Part shown: piece after piece, positions 32,851-43,217 of the stretch
Layout of the letters: each line of letters begins with the position of its first letter
Position numbering within the stretch: position 1 is the stretch's first letter
Origin: Candidatus Eiseniibacteriota bacterium
Lineage (GTDB): Bacteria > Eisenbacteria > RBG-16-71-46 > CAVPCR01
Assembly (NCBI GenBank): GCA_963702435.1
Contig: CAVPCR010000003.1
Span: 416,001 to 480,000 of the forward strand
Direction: 5' to 3'
DNA length: 64,000 bases
The notes under the pieces: model-generated
Told to the model about the DNA's origin: nothing
Seen by the model: only the letters and a program-made list of their open reading frames with translations
Database searches by the model: none
Position numbers and translations under genes: made by a program

Positions 32851-33043
32851 CATGCGCGTGAAGGATACCAGATGCGCCGGGCCGCTGAGCACTCTCGGCG
32901 CCCACCTGCGGCGGCTAAGGATCCGGCGCCCGCCTCACGATAACGGAAGCAGGCCGACCCCCGGCCGTCCCGCGCCGGCGCGGGCATCTCATCCTGAGAT
33001 GCCTGCCGCTTCCGAGCACCCCAACACCAGACGAGAGGGCGCG

Positions 33044-33553
33044 ATGCCCCGCACCCTGAGCCGAGCGAAGCCGCTGCCCCAGCCCCTGCGCACGTTCTCC
33101 CCGCAGCCGGGCGGGCTCGTCGACGTGGCGCTCAAGACCGAGCTCACAAGCTCCTACCGCGAGATCCCGCGCCTGCGCGAGTGGCTCGGACATGTGGCCG
33201 AGATCACCGAGATGGCACCGGCCGATCTCTTCGAGTTCCGCCTGGCCGCGATCGAGACCTTCATTCACATGGTGGAGCATGCGTATCAGGGGGACGAGCG
33301 AGGGACGATCAAGGTGACGTTGCTCGTACGCGACCCCGAGGTGCGTCTCGTGCTGCGTGATTACGGGCAGAAGATCGTGCCGCTCTCCGAGGAGCGGAAC
33401 CGGGTACCCGGGGGACGCGGCGCCGACCTCTTCCTGATCCAGCGACTCGCTGACGAGGTCAAGTTCCACACCTCGTTGCCGCGAGGCACCGCGGTCGAGA
33501 TCATGAAGCGCCTCGACCGCTCTCCGGCGGGCCGCGCGGATCTGCCGCGCTGA
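33044..33553 (+). CDS. RsbW-like anti-sigma/HATPase_c domain protein (degenerate)
   Basis: LAAIE...EHAY, LRDYG, GGRG..LFLI..L.DEV...GT.V. Confidence 0.75.
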   Translation: MPRTLSRAKPLPQPLRTFSPQPGGLVDVALKTELTSSYREIPRLREWLGHVAEITEMAPADLFEFRLAAIETFIHMVEHAYQGDERGTIKVTLLVRDPEVRLVLRDYGQKIVPLSEERNRVPGGRGADLFLIQRLADEVKFHTSLPRGTAVEIMKRLDRSPAGRADLPR

Positions 33554-33596
33554 GCCGCCGCGCCGCCCCGACGGATCGGGCCGGGCGCCGCCTGGC

Positions 33597-34004
33597 TCAG
33601 GTGGACACGCCTCCCAGCGTCGTCCCGGCTCCCTTGCGCAGCTTCTCGGCCGCGGGCGCCGCTTCGCCCTCGCTCGGCCTGAACGTGTGGTGGCACTCGC
33701 GGCAGGTGATGAAGACGTGGTTCTCCGCGGCCGTCTGCCGCAGCGTAAAGCTCAGCGCGTAGCCGGCGGTGCGACAGCGCGGGCAGCGGACCGCAAGCAG
33801 CGACAGCCCTGCATGTTCGCGGAACTCGAGCGCCGAGGACCCGCTCGGTGTCACCTCGTAGAGCCGATGACAGGCCGGGCACACGGCGAACACGAGCTCG
33901 CTCTCCGCCTCGAGCTCGAGACGCAGGGCGAGTTCGAGCCCGACGTTCTCGGGACAGAGCGGGCAAGCCAGATGCGCGAGGTCGCGGGCGAACTGGTGCG
34001 ACAT
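33597..34004 (-). CDS. small protein with four CxxC motifs (two putative zinc ribbons)
   Basis: CPLC, CPAC, CPRC, CREC; GGAGGG RBS. Confidence 0.7.
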   Translation of the reverse strand: MSHQFARDLAHLACPLCPENVGLELALRLELEAESELVFAVCPACHRLYEVTPSGSSALEFREHAGLSLLAVRCPRCRTAGYALSFTLRQTAAENHVFITCRECHHTFRPSEGEAAPAAEKLRKGAGTTLGGVST

Positions 34005-34105
34005 GAAGTCCCTCCGCTCGGAGTGACGGGGACCTCTCCAGCGCACGACGGGGGCAGGGAGGTTATCACGGGCCCGGGGCCGCGTCGAGCGCCGGGGCTT
34101 CGGCC

Positions 34106-35485
34106 TCAGCGCCGCGACGTGTCGCCCGGCGCGACCCGGGCGACCGCGATCGGGGGGTCCTGCTGCAGAAGCGCCTCGCCCGGGCTCCCGAGCCGCCCGA
34201 GCCGGGTGCCCGGGTAATAGTGCGCGAGGATGGCTGCACGATCATGACCCGCAGTCGCCATGGCGAGAGCCCCGGACTGGCAGAGGCCGACGCCGTGCCC
34301 GTTCCCGCGGCCCCGCACCACCACGGCTTCCACGCGACCTTCCGCGTGCACCACCTCTACATCGAACAAGGTCGAGCGCAGGATGGTTCCCCCGGGGCGG
34401 CGGAGCACCCAGCGAATGCGGTCACCCCGCTCACCGCCGAGCCGGTGCTCGCGTCCCCCGGCGCTGACGGTGAGGACGCGCACGCGCCCGGAGGAGTTGC
34501 GCGCCGTGACGCGCACGTCTTCGAGCTCTCCGGAGGGCGCCGGACCCGGGAACTCCGCGGTCATGGTGCGGGCGAGGAGCGCCACGAACTCGGGCCCCGT
34601 CCACCGCTCCTCCCAGCGGTAGTGTCTCGCCTCCCGGCAGAGATCCGCTCCGTTCAGCCGATCCGGATGCGCCCGCAGGTAGGGTTCCGGCGGCAGGGCC
34701 CAGGTCTCCTCGACCGCGGCCGCCATACCGCCGCAAGCCGCCGAGTAGTAGGCGCCGATCAGGACGCCATTGTGCGTGGCGACGAGCGCCGCGGTCGCTT
34801 GGACGGAGCGGCCGGCATCCGGCCGCTCCGCCGAGAGTCCGCCATAAGCCTGATCCCGGACGTCGCCGTAGAGGTCGAACCCGAGCTCGGTCCACCGTCC
34901 GAGATGAGCGACGGCATACGTGCGCGCGGCGATCGCCTGGGCTTCGACGGCGGCCTGGGCATTCGCGCCCGGCGACCCGATCTCGAGCGGTACTACCCCG
35001 CGCAGGTAGTCCTCGAGCTCGACCTCGTTGACCGCCGTGAGTCGGCCGCGGGCATCGGCGAACACCGTGATGGACCCACGATACGCAACGCCGTCGAGGG
35101 CGATCGGCGAGCCGGTTGCGGCCGCGCGCAGCCTGAGCGTGTCCACGATCGTCCGCGGCGCGGCTCCGACCGGCGCGACGGCGATCGCCCCGCCACCCGC
35201 CCCGGTCAACTGCAGGCGGCGGAAGCGCCCGATCACCTCTGCACCCCGCTCGAGCACGAGCGGGTCCGCGCTCGTGGCGAGCAGCGAATCGCGCTGGACG
35301 GCAACCCCGATCCGGAGCGGTCGATCGGGCGCGACTGGAAGGCGGGCCGGCGGCGGTGCTTCCGCCGGCACCGGCCTCCGGCCGGCACAGCCGGCCACGG
35401 CGCCGGCGAGAACGACGATGACCAGGGCGCAGCGCACGAACGCGCGCCGGCGCTCCGGCCCGCAACCTGCGGCCCGCGGCCTCAA
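34106..35485 (-). CDS. SpoIID/LytB domain lipoprotein
   Basis: Lipobox VAGC; LEDYLRGVVP.E, AQAIAARTY, GHGVGLCQ.GA, IL.HYYPG. Confidence 0.92.
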   Translation of the reverse strand: MRPRAAGCGPERRRAFVRCALVIVVLAGAVAGCAGRRPVPAEAPPPARLPVAPDRPLRIGVAVQRDSLLATSADPLVLERGAEVIGRFRRLQLTGAGGGAIAVAPVGAAPRTIVDTLRLRAAATGSPIALDGVAYRGSITVFADARGRLTAVNEVELEDYLRGVVPLEIGSPGANAQAAVEAQAIAARTYAVAHLGRWTELGFDLYGDVRDQAYGGLSAERPDAGRSVQATAALVATHNGVLIGAYYSAACGGMAAAVEETWALPPEPYLRAHPDRLNGADLCREARHYRWEERWTGPEFVALLARTMTAEFPGPAPSGELEDVRVTARNSSGRVRVLTVSAGGREHRLGGERGDRIRWVLRRPGGTILRSTLFDVEVVHAEGRVEAVVVRGRGNGHGVGLCQSGALAMATAGHDRAAILAHYYPGTRLGRLGSPGEALLQQDPPIAVARVAPGDTSRR

Positions 35486-36633
35486 CGCGTTCTTCTCCGC
35501 GGGTCGCCCGGGCGGGCGCCAGGCGTGAAGGAACCCAGCACGGTCGGGCGCCGCGCGCCGGTGACCGACGGGAAGGCGCCGCTCCGCCCCGCGAGATGAG
35601 CCCAGGCCAGCACGGCGAAGGCGATCGCCTCCTTGGCATCGGGATCGATGCCGTAGTGCGCGCTCGTCACGATCTCGACCGCGGGGAGGGCGGAGCGCAG
35701 GCCGTCGATGAGGGCCGGATTGTGCACGCCGCCGCCCGCGGCCACCACGCGCGCGACCTGCGCGGCAGCGAGAGGGCGGGCGATCGTCTCGATGCTGAGC
35801 GCGGTCGCGGTGGCCACGAGATCGTCTGCCGCAACGCTGCGCTCGCGCGCCGCGGCGAGGAGCCGCTCTCCATAGGCCTCTCCGAACTCGGCGCTGCCCG
35901 CCGACTTGGGCGGCGGCAGCGCGAAGTAGGGATCGCGGAGGAGCGACGCCAGGAGCGCCTGATCCACGCGACCTCGGCGCGCCCGCCGGCCGTCGCGATC
36001 GATCGCCTCCGCCCCTCCGGTCAGGCTACGGATGAGCCCGTCGATCACCATGTTGGCGGGGCCGGTGTCGAAGGCGGTCGGCGGCGCCGGGTGCGCGGCC
36101 GGCGAGAGCAGCGTCACGTTGGCGATGCCGCCCAGGTTGAGCGCCGCCACCGGCACGTGCGGGTCGGTGAAGAGGAGTGCATCCACGAAGGGCACGAGCG
36201 GTGCGCCCTGGCCCCCGGCGGCGAGATCGCGTGCGCGAAAGTCGCTCACCACGGCGAGCCCCGTGCGCTCGGCGAGAACGGCTGCCGAGCCGAGCTGCAC
36301 GCTCACGCCGCGCGCCGGGTCATGGGCCACGGTCTGACCGTGGGAGCCGATCGCCTCGACCGCCGCTTCCCGCCCGGCCGGGCGGGCGAGAAGCGCGCTC
36401 GCCGCCTCGGCGAAGGCCTCGCCCACCAGGATGTGGAGATGGCCGAGCTCGGCCGCCGGGAGCGGTGTCCCCGCGGCGGCGCGCCGGAGCGCGACCAGGA
36501 GCGCGTCGGGATACGGGGTGACGAGGAAATCGAGGGTCTCGACGCCAAGCCCCCGTTCCTCCGCCGTGAGGCGGACGAGCGCCGCATCGATCCCGTCCAT
36601 CGACGTGCCCGACATGAGACCGATCGCGATCAC
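35482..36633 (-). CDS. anmK: anhydro-N-acetylmuramic acid kinase
   Basis: IGLMSGTSMDGID, GSHGQT, GGQGAPLVP, LNLGGIAN, FDTGP.N. Confidence 0.96.
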   Translation of the reverse strand: MIAIGLMSGTSMDGIDAALVRLTAEERGLGVETLDFLVTPYPDALLVALRRAAAGTPLPAAELGHLHILVGEAFAEAASALLARPAGREAAVEAIGSHGQTVAHDPARGVSVQLGSAAVLAERTGLAVVSDFRARDLAAGGQGAPLVPFVDALLFTDPHVPVAALNLGGIANVTLLSPAAHPAPPTAFDTGPANMVIDGLIRSLTGGAEAIDRDGRRARRGRVDQALLASLLRDPYFALPPPKSAGSAEFGEAYGERLLAAARERSVAADDLVATATALSIETIARPLAAAQVARVVAAGGGVHNPALIDGLRSALPAVEIVTSAHYGIDPDAKEAIAFAVLAWAHLAGRSGAFPSVTGARRPTVLGSFTPGARPGDPRRRTR

Positions 36634-36654
36634 GCTTTACCTCCCGCGCGCCCC

Positions 36655-36686
36655 AAACAAGAACGTGCCCCGGTGGGGCACGTTCT
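36655..36686 (-). terminator. intrinsic terminator after TPR gene
   Basis: GAACGTGCCCC-3nt-GGGGCACGTTC perfect stem, followed by TTGTTT on the minus strand. Confidence 0.75.
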
Positions 36687-36724
36687 CCCGAGTCAGGTCC
36701 TGCGCTCGGCTGCCGGCGAGCGAG

Positions 36725-38008
36725 CTACTTCTGCGGCGGGAAGGTCACCTCGCCCCGCTTCTGGCCGCCGTAGAAGGCGATCGCCTGGCCCTGCGACCAG
36801 TAGAAGGCGGAGTCCATGTTGTTGCCGCTCGAGTCGGTGTAGGTGCGGAACTCCTCCGGCTGACCCTTCTCCCCGATCACCTTGCCGAGATCGGACCCCG
36901 CGTACTTCGGCGTCGCCTTCAGGCTGTCCGCGCTCGCCGCCTTGCCCTTGGCGAGACCGTTGTAGATGATGATGTAGCTCTCGGACTTGGCCACATCGCC
37001 CGACATGCGGATGATGTTGGCCTTGAGCCGGTAGCCGTCGGCATCGCGCGGACCGGCGGCGATGAACTGATCGCAGTACTCGCCGGCCTTCGCATAGTCC
37101 CTGGCCTCGATCTCGAGCATGCTCAGCTGGTAGTACACCGCGAGCTTGTCTTCGGTGGTCTCCGCCTGGCCAAGAAACCGGGTGAGATTGTCGCGCGCCG
37201 GCGCGATCTTCGTCGAGTCCCCGGCGAAGGCGAGCTGCGCAGAGGATGCCCCGATCTGATACTGGACGTTCGGATCTCCGGGTTTCACCTGGTCGACCTG
37301 CTCGTACCAGGCGATCGCCTCGCTGAACAGCCGCGTCCGTGCCGAGTCCTCCTTCACCTTGCCCGCTTCCTTGAACTTGGCGTCCGCCTGTTCCTGGTAC
37401 GCATTGACGAGGTTGGTCTTGAGTCCCTCGTGATCAGGACAGGCGGTGAGCCCGGCCTTCAGCACCGGGATCGCATCGGCCTGCCGACCGAGCTTGCTCA
37501 GCGCCGAGCCCTTGATGTTGTAGGCCTTGCAGCTGTCGGGAGCGATGAGGATGGCGATGTCCGCCTCGGTCATCGCCGGGTCGTACGCCTCCTTCTTGAA
37601 GTAGTCGAGCGACTTGTTGTAGTGGTCGACCCAGAAGGAGCCGCGGTTGTTGACGACCTTCTCGCGGTCCTTCCCCTCCGAGTTCTTGATCGCCTGGTCG
37701 AAGTAGCAGCCCGACTCCTGGAACTTCTCCATCTCGGCGGCCAGCATGCCCATGAACATGTTCCATTCCCACTGGTCGGGCACGCCGCAGAGGGCCAGGT
37801 GGCCCTGCGCGTACGCCTTGTCGAGCACTTCCTTGTCCGGGGGCTTGGTGGCGTGCGCCACCCCCCAGTAGGACTTGAGCGAGCGGCCGTGCAGCTTGGG
37901 ATCTTCCACCTGCGCCCCGGCGCAGGGCTGGCAGACGTCGGCGCGCAGGTCACCCCCGAGGAGCACGAGCGCGGCCACGACAAGGAGTCCGAGCCACATC
38001 CCTTTCAT
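36725..38008 (-). CDS. secreted tetratricopeptide-repeat protein
   Basis: Signal peptide; helical TPR-like repeats (AYNIKG.AL..LG...DA). Confidence 0.75.
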   Translation of the reverse strand: MKGMWLGLLVVAALVLLGGDLRADVCQPCAGAQVEDPKLHGRSLKSYWGVAHATKPPDKEVLDKAYAQGHLALCGVPDQWEWNMFMGMLAAEMEKFQESGCYFDQAIKNSEGKDREKVVNNRGSFWVDHYNKSLDYFKKEAYDPAMTEADIAILIAPDSCKAYNIKGSALSKLGRQADAIPVLKAGLTACPDHEGLKTNLVNAYQEQADAKFKEAGKVKEDSARTRLFSEAIAWYEQVDQVKPGDPNVQYQIGASSAQLAFAGDSTKIAPARDNLTRFLGQAETTEDKLAVYYQLSMLEIEARDYAKAGEYCDQFIAAGPRDADGYRLKANIIRMSGDVAKSESYIIIYNGLAKGKAASADSLKATPKYAGSDLGKVIGEKGQPEEFRTYTDSSGNNMDSAFYWSQGQAIAFYGGQKRGEVTFPPQK

Positions 38009-38134
38009 CTTCGATCTCCCGGCGCGGGCACGGGGCCTTGCGCGTGCCGTCGCCAAGTCGATTGAGGCCTGAGCGAGAACCCCCGATTCGGGTGGCCGCC
38101 TCGCCCTGCGCGATCTGAGCCAAAACCGTCCGGC

Positions 38135-38170
38135 AGGTTACGCATCTCCTCCGAGCTTGTCAATACAAGC
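38135..38170 (-). promoter_or_regulatory. sigma70 promoter with palindrome over the -35
   Basis: TTGACA-17nt-TAACCT; GCTTGT-caat-ACAAGC inverted repeat at 38155-38170. Confidence 0.65.
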
Positions 38171-38241
38171 GGATAGCGGCAGGGGTTCCAAGCGACAGGT
38201 CGGGCTTTGCCGGGCGCCCGCGCGCCGGCCGAGCCGCCGGT

Positions 38242-39183
38242 TCACGAGCACTCCTCCCCCAGCGCGCGGCGCACGAAGCCGGCCGCCGCGGCGAGCCTGC
38301 GCTCGGCCTCCTCCCGCGCCACACCCAGGCGGCCGATCACGATGGCGACCTTCACGTTGCCTCCAGCCGCCGCCAGAAGTTGCGCCGCGCTGTCGTAATC
38401 CACGCGGCACGACATCATGACAAGCCGCTTGGCCCGCTCCGCGAGCTTCCGCGACGTGGCGCGGAGATCGACCATCAGATTCCCGTAGACCTTGCCCAGC
38501 CGGACCATCACGGTGGTCGAGATCATGTTGAGGATGAGCTTCTGCGCGGTGCCCGACTTCATCCGCGTCGAGCCCATGATCACTTCGGGACCGAGGACCG
38601 GCGTGATGGCGACATCCACCGGGAGATCGGCATCCGGTCCCGCCCCCGAGGCGTTCATGGCGATGAGCACGGTGGCCGCGCCGACGGCGCGCGCGTGCGC
38701 GAGGGCGGCCACGACGAATGGTGTACGGCGGCTCGCAGCAAGACCGACGACGACGTCGCGGGCCGCGACCCCGCGCGCGGCGAGGGCCGCCGGCGCTTCC
38801 GCCGCGGCATCCTCCGCTCCTTCCACGGCGCCGACGAGTGCCGGTGGGCCGCCGGCGAGCACGCCCTGCACGAGCTCGGGATCCGTGCCGAAGGTGGGCG
38901 GACATTCCGCGGCGTCGAGAACACCGATCCGTCCCGAGGTGCCCGCTCCGACGTAGAAGAGGCGACCGCCGCCAGAGATCCGGTCCACGATGAGCTCGAC
39001 CGCGCGCGCGATGGCGGCGAGTTCGCGTCGCACCGCGTGCGCCACGGTCGCGTCCTCGTCATTGATGAGGGCGAGGATCTCCGCGACGGAACGGCGATCC
39101 AGATCGGCGGTGCGCGGGTTCACCGCCTCGGTGGTGAGACCCGTGAGCTCGGCGAAGATCTCGCGATCGCTCTGGTCCGGCAT
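38242..39183 (-). CDS. murQ: N-acetylmuramic acid 6-phosphate etherase
   Basis: GAGTSGRIGVLDAAECPPTFG, GPEVIMGSTRMKSGTAQK, GKVYGNLMVD. Confidence 0.97.
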   Translation of the reverse strand: MPDQSDREIFAELTGLTTEAVNPRTADLDRRSVAEILALINDEDATVAHAVRRELAAIARAVELIVDRISGGGRLFYVGAGTSGRIGVLDAAECPPTFGTDPELVQGVLAGGPPALVGAVEGAEDAAAEAPAALAARGVAARDVVVGLAASRRTPFVVAALAHARAVGAATVLIAMNASGAGPDADLPVDVAITPVLGPEVIMGSTRMKSGTAQKLILNMISTTVMVRLGKVYGNLMVDLRATSRKLAERAKRLVMMSCRVDYDSAAQLLAAAGGNVKVAIVIGRLGVAREEAERRLAAAAGFVRRALGEECS

Positions 39184-39217
39184 CGGCGATCCGTCGAACC
39201 TTCCCGGCTCCCCCGCG

Positions 39218-41092
39218 CTAGCGGCGCCGGCGGCGCACCTTCTGTTCGGGGGTCGCCCGCGCTTCGCTCGGCTTTGAGATGAAGTCGAGAACCCCGTCCT
39301 CGCCCGGCTCCGCCGGGACCGGGGCCGGGGCAGGGGGTTCCATCGGAGCGGGCGGGCTCGGGGGCGCGACCTGGTCCCCGGCCGAGGGCGCTCCGGTGCC
39401 GGGGGCCTCGCCCGGGCGCGGCAGCCGGCTGGATCGCCGGCCGAAACGCGGGGTGACATCCGTGGCCGGCCGGCCCGAGGCCCGAACGGCCGAGGGCTCG
39501 CCCGGTTCCAGGTCGGGCGCCTCGTAGCCCTCCCGCTCGCGGGGTGGCGCTGCCGGCTCCTCCTCCCAGCCGCGAAGCCACGGCCGGGATCCTGCGCTCT
39601 CGCGCGGCTCGTCGCTGCGCTCGCCGCTCTCGGCATGGGCGTCCGCAACGGCCGGAACGGAGTCCTCGTCCGCCGGGCTCGCGGCGCCCTCCTCTCCCGT
39701 CGCGGGCTCGCCGCTCCGCTCGTCCACGCGGCGGCGGCCGCGCCCGCCGCGGCGCCCGCGGCGGCGACGCCGGCGGCGCATCTCCTCGTCGGAGCTATCG
39801 CCACCCTCGCCCTCGGGCTCGATCTCGGCCATCTCCTCTCCCAGGGCCGGCTCGAAGTCGAAATCCGGAAGCACCGGCACCTCGTCGAGCGGCGCCTGGC
39901 GCTCGTCCTCGCGGCCCGCGACGTTCTCACCGCCCTCGGCGCGCCCGCCGCGCGGACGGCGATCCCGCCGCTCGCTGCGGTCCACCCGCTGGTCCGCACG
40001 ATCGCCGCGCACGGCCCGATCTGCGCGTTCGACGCGCTCGCCACGGTCCACCCGCTCGCCACGGTCCACCCGCTCGCCACGGTCCACCCGCTCGCCACGG
40101 TCCACCCGCTCGCCACGGTCCACCCGCTCGCCACGGTCCACCCGCTCGCCACGGTCGACCCGCTCGCCACGGTCCGCACGCTCTCCGCGGTCGAACCGAT
40201 CTGTGCGCTCGACCCGCTCGCCGCGCTCCACACGCTCCACGCGCTCAACCTGCCCGCGCTCGAATCGCTCGACCGGCTCGCCGCGCACGGCCCGCTCCCC
40301 GCGGTCACCCCGGTCACCCCGGTCACCCCGGCCCATGCGCACGCCGCGCCGGCCCCGCCGTTCGCGCCCCGGCTCGACCTCCTCGAGCGGAGCAAGGTCA
40401 TCGATCTCTTCGCCGGCAGCGATCGGCTCGATCTCCTCGACGACCGCCTCGTCGAGGCCCGCCGGCCCGGCCGGGGGTCGCGGGATACCCTCGAGGTAGT
40501 CCACGTCGGCCGCGATCTCGCGCGCCGGCTCGCGCTCCACCTCCACACTGGCCTCGGCCAGCGCGCGGCCGAGCGAGACGAAGACGGCTCGGCACCGGTT
40601 CTCGTCATGAGCGCCGGAAAGGATGCGGATATGGATGCTCGCGCCCAGCCGGTCAGCAAGGGTGGCGAGGAAGCGCTCGACGAGCGCGAGGTCCATGCCC
40701 GCCAGCTGGCGATTGCGGAAGGTCGCGCCGAACTGGAAGACCGGGGGCGACACCAGATCCACGGCGGCCAGAACGAGGGCGTCGCCAACGGGGAGGATGG
40801 CCCCCCCGAACTGCCGGATCCGGGGACGCGGGCCGAGGACGCGGCGCCAGGCCTCGGCGAGGGCGCTCGCCAGATCGTCGACCGCGTAGGGATCGTCGGC
40901 GTGTTTGTTCAGGGTCTGCGCGATGCGCAGGTCGATCCCCGAGGGCACGGCCATGATCTCGAGGAGTTCGTTCAGAAGTGGGAAGGGGGTCTCGATCACG
41001 GCCCGCCCGGTGCCGTCGAGCCGGAGCTCGATCTCGACATCGGTGCCGCGGGTGCGACGCCGGATGGCGACGCGACGTCTTTCTTTTCGCAT
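39218..41092 (-). CDS. degenerate imidazoleglycerol-phosphate dehydratase (HisB-like) domain plus long low-complexity charged tail
   Basis: RRTRGTDVEIELRLDGTG, GDALVLAAVDL, HIRILSG match the IGPD layout, but the metal-binding His motifs are replaced. Confidence 0.75.
   Translation of the reverse strand: MRKERRRVAIRRRTRGTDVEIELRLDGTGRAVIETPFPLLNELLEIMAVPSGIDLRIAQTLNKHADDPYAVDDLASALAEAWRRVLGPRPRIRQFGGAILPVGDALVLAAVDLVSPPVFQFGATFRNRQLAGMDLALVERFLATLADRLGASIHIRILSGAHDENRCRAVFVSLGRALAEASVEVEREPAREIAADVDYLEGIPRPPAGPAGLDEAVVEEIEPIAAGEEIDDLAPLEEVEPGRERRGRRGVRMGRGDRGDRGDRGERAVRGEPVERFERGQVERVERVERGERVERTDRFDRGERADRGERVDRGERVDRGERVDRGERVDRGERVDRGERVDRGERVDRGERVERADRAVRGDRADQRVDRSERRDRRPRGGRAEGGENVAGREDERQAPLDEVPVLPDFDFEPALGEEMAEIEPEGEGGDSSDEEMRRRRRRRGRRGGRGRRRVDERSGEPATGEEGAASPADEDSVPAVADAHAESGERSDEPRESAGSRPWLRGWEEEPAAPPREREGYEAPDLEPGEPSAVRASGRPATDVTPRFGRRSSRLPRPGEAPGTGAPSAGDQVAPPSPPAPMEPPAPAPVPAEPGEDGVLDFISKPSEARATPEQKVRRRRR
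40035..40175. repeat. 18-nt coding tandem repeat, (GERVDR)x7
   Basis: cgctcgccacggtccacc: six perfect copies, one with a single mismatch, one partial. Confidence 0.95.
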
Positions 41093-41326
41093 GGAGTTTA
41101 TGAGATCTCGTTTCTTCAAACGGCGCTCGAGTGGGACACGACGAGCCCGAGCCAGGTCCATCTGCTGAAGGCGACCCAGTCTACATGGCGGCACCGACCT
41201 GAGCAAGTCGGAGCTCACCCCCGGGGCCGGGAACCCGCCGGCCCGGGTGCCAACCCGGCGCCCGGCGTTGCTGAAGGTCAAGTCCTTCTCCCTCCGGCGC
41301 CGGGCTCGCCATCGGGGGACCTCACG

Positions 41327-41364
41327 AGAAGAGACGGGGTGCCGCCCGCGCGACACCCCGTCTC
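41327..41364 (-). terminator. probable terminator hairpin downstream of degP
   Basis: GAGACGGGGTG...CACCCCGTCTC 11-bp stem; short T tract. Confidence 0.5.
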
Positions 41365-41418
41365 CCGGTCCCAGGTCCGGCCGCTTCCAACGGGGGCGAC
41401 CGGACGCTCTGAACAGGG

Positions 41419-42993
<1,575 letters not shown>

Positions 42994-43217
42994 ATCTTCG
43001 ATTCCTCCCGACGCCGAGGCGCCCCGGCTCTACGCACCGGCGGCCTCGAATCGTGCTGATTGAGTTCTGGGGGACCCCTGCGCCCTGCCGGCCAGCGTCG
43101 CGGCGGCAGTACTGCTTATACCCGGCCGGCGCGGCTCGGGTTTCTGGAAGTGGAAACGGCCCGGCAGCCTGTTCTCTCGCCGCACGCCGCCGGCGCGCCG
43201 CCGGCGCGGCGGGTCTT

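Noticed and set aside
38107..38123. sigma54-like TTGGCTCAGATCGCGCA upstream of the TPR gene
   Set aside because: The -12 element is poor, and a better sigma70 promoter lies just upstream
40035..40175. Possible CRISPR array (also 6043-6147, 8521-8618, 10094-10165)
   Set aside because: Head-to-tail repeats without unique spacers; no cas genes
38242..40788. 848-aa MurQ with TVASGW repeats
   Set aside because: The N-extension is an alternative frame of the pseudo-HisB repeat; MurQ homology starts at 39183
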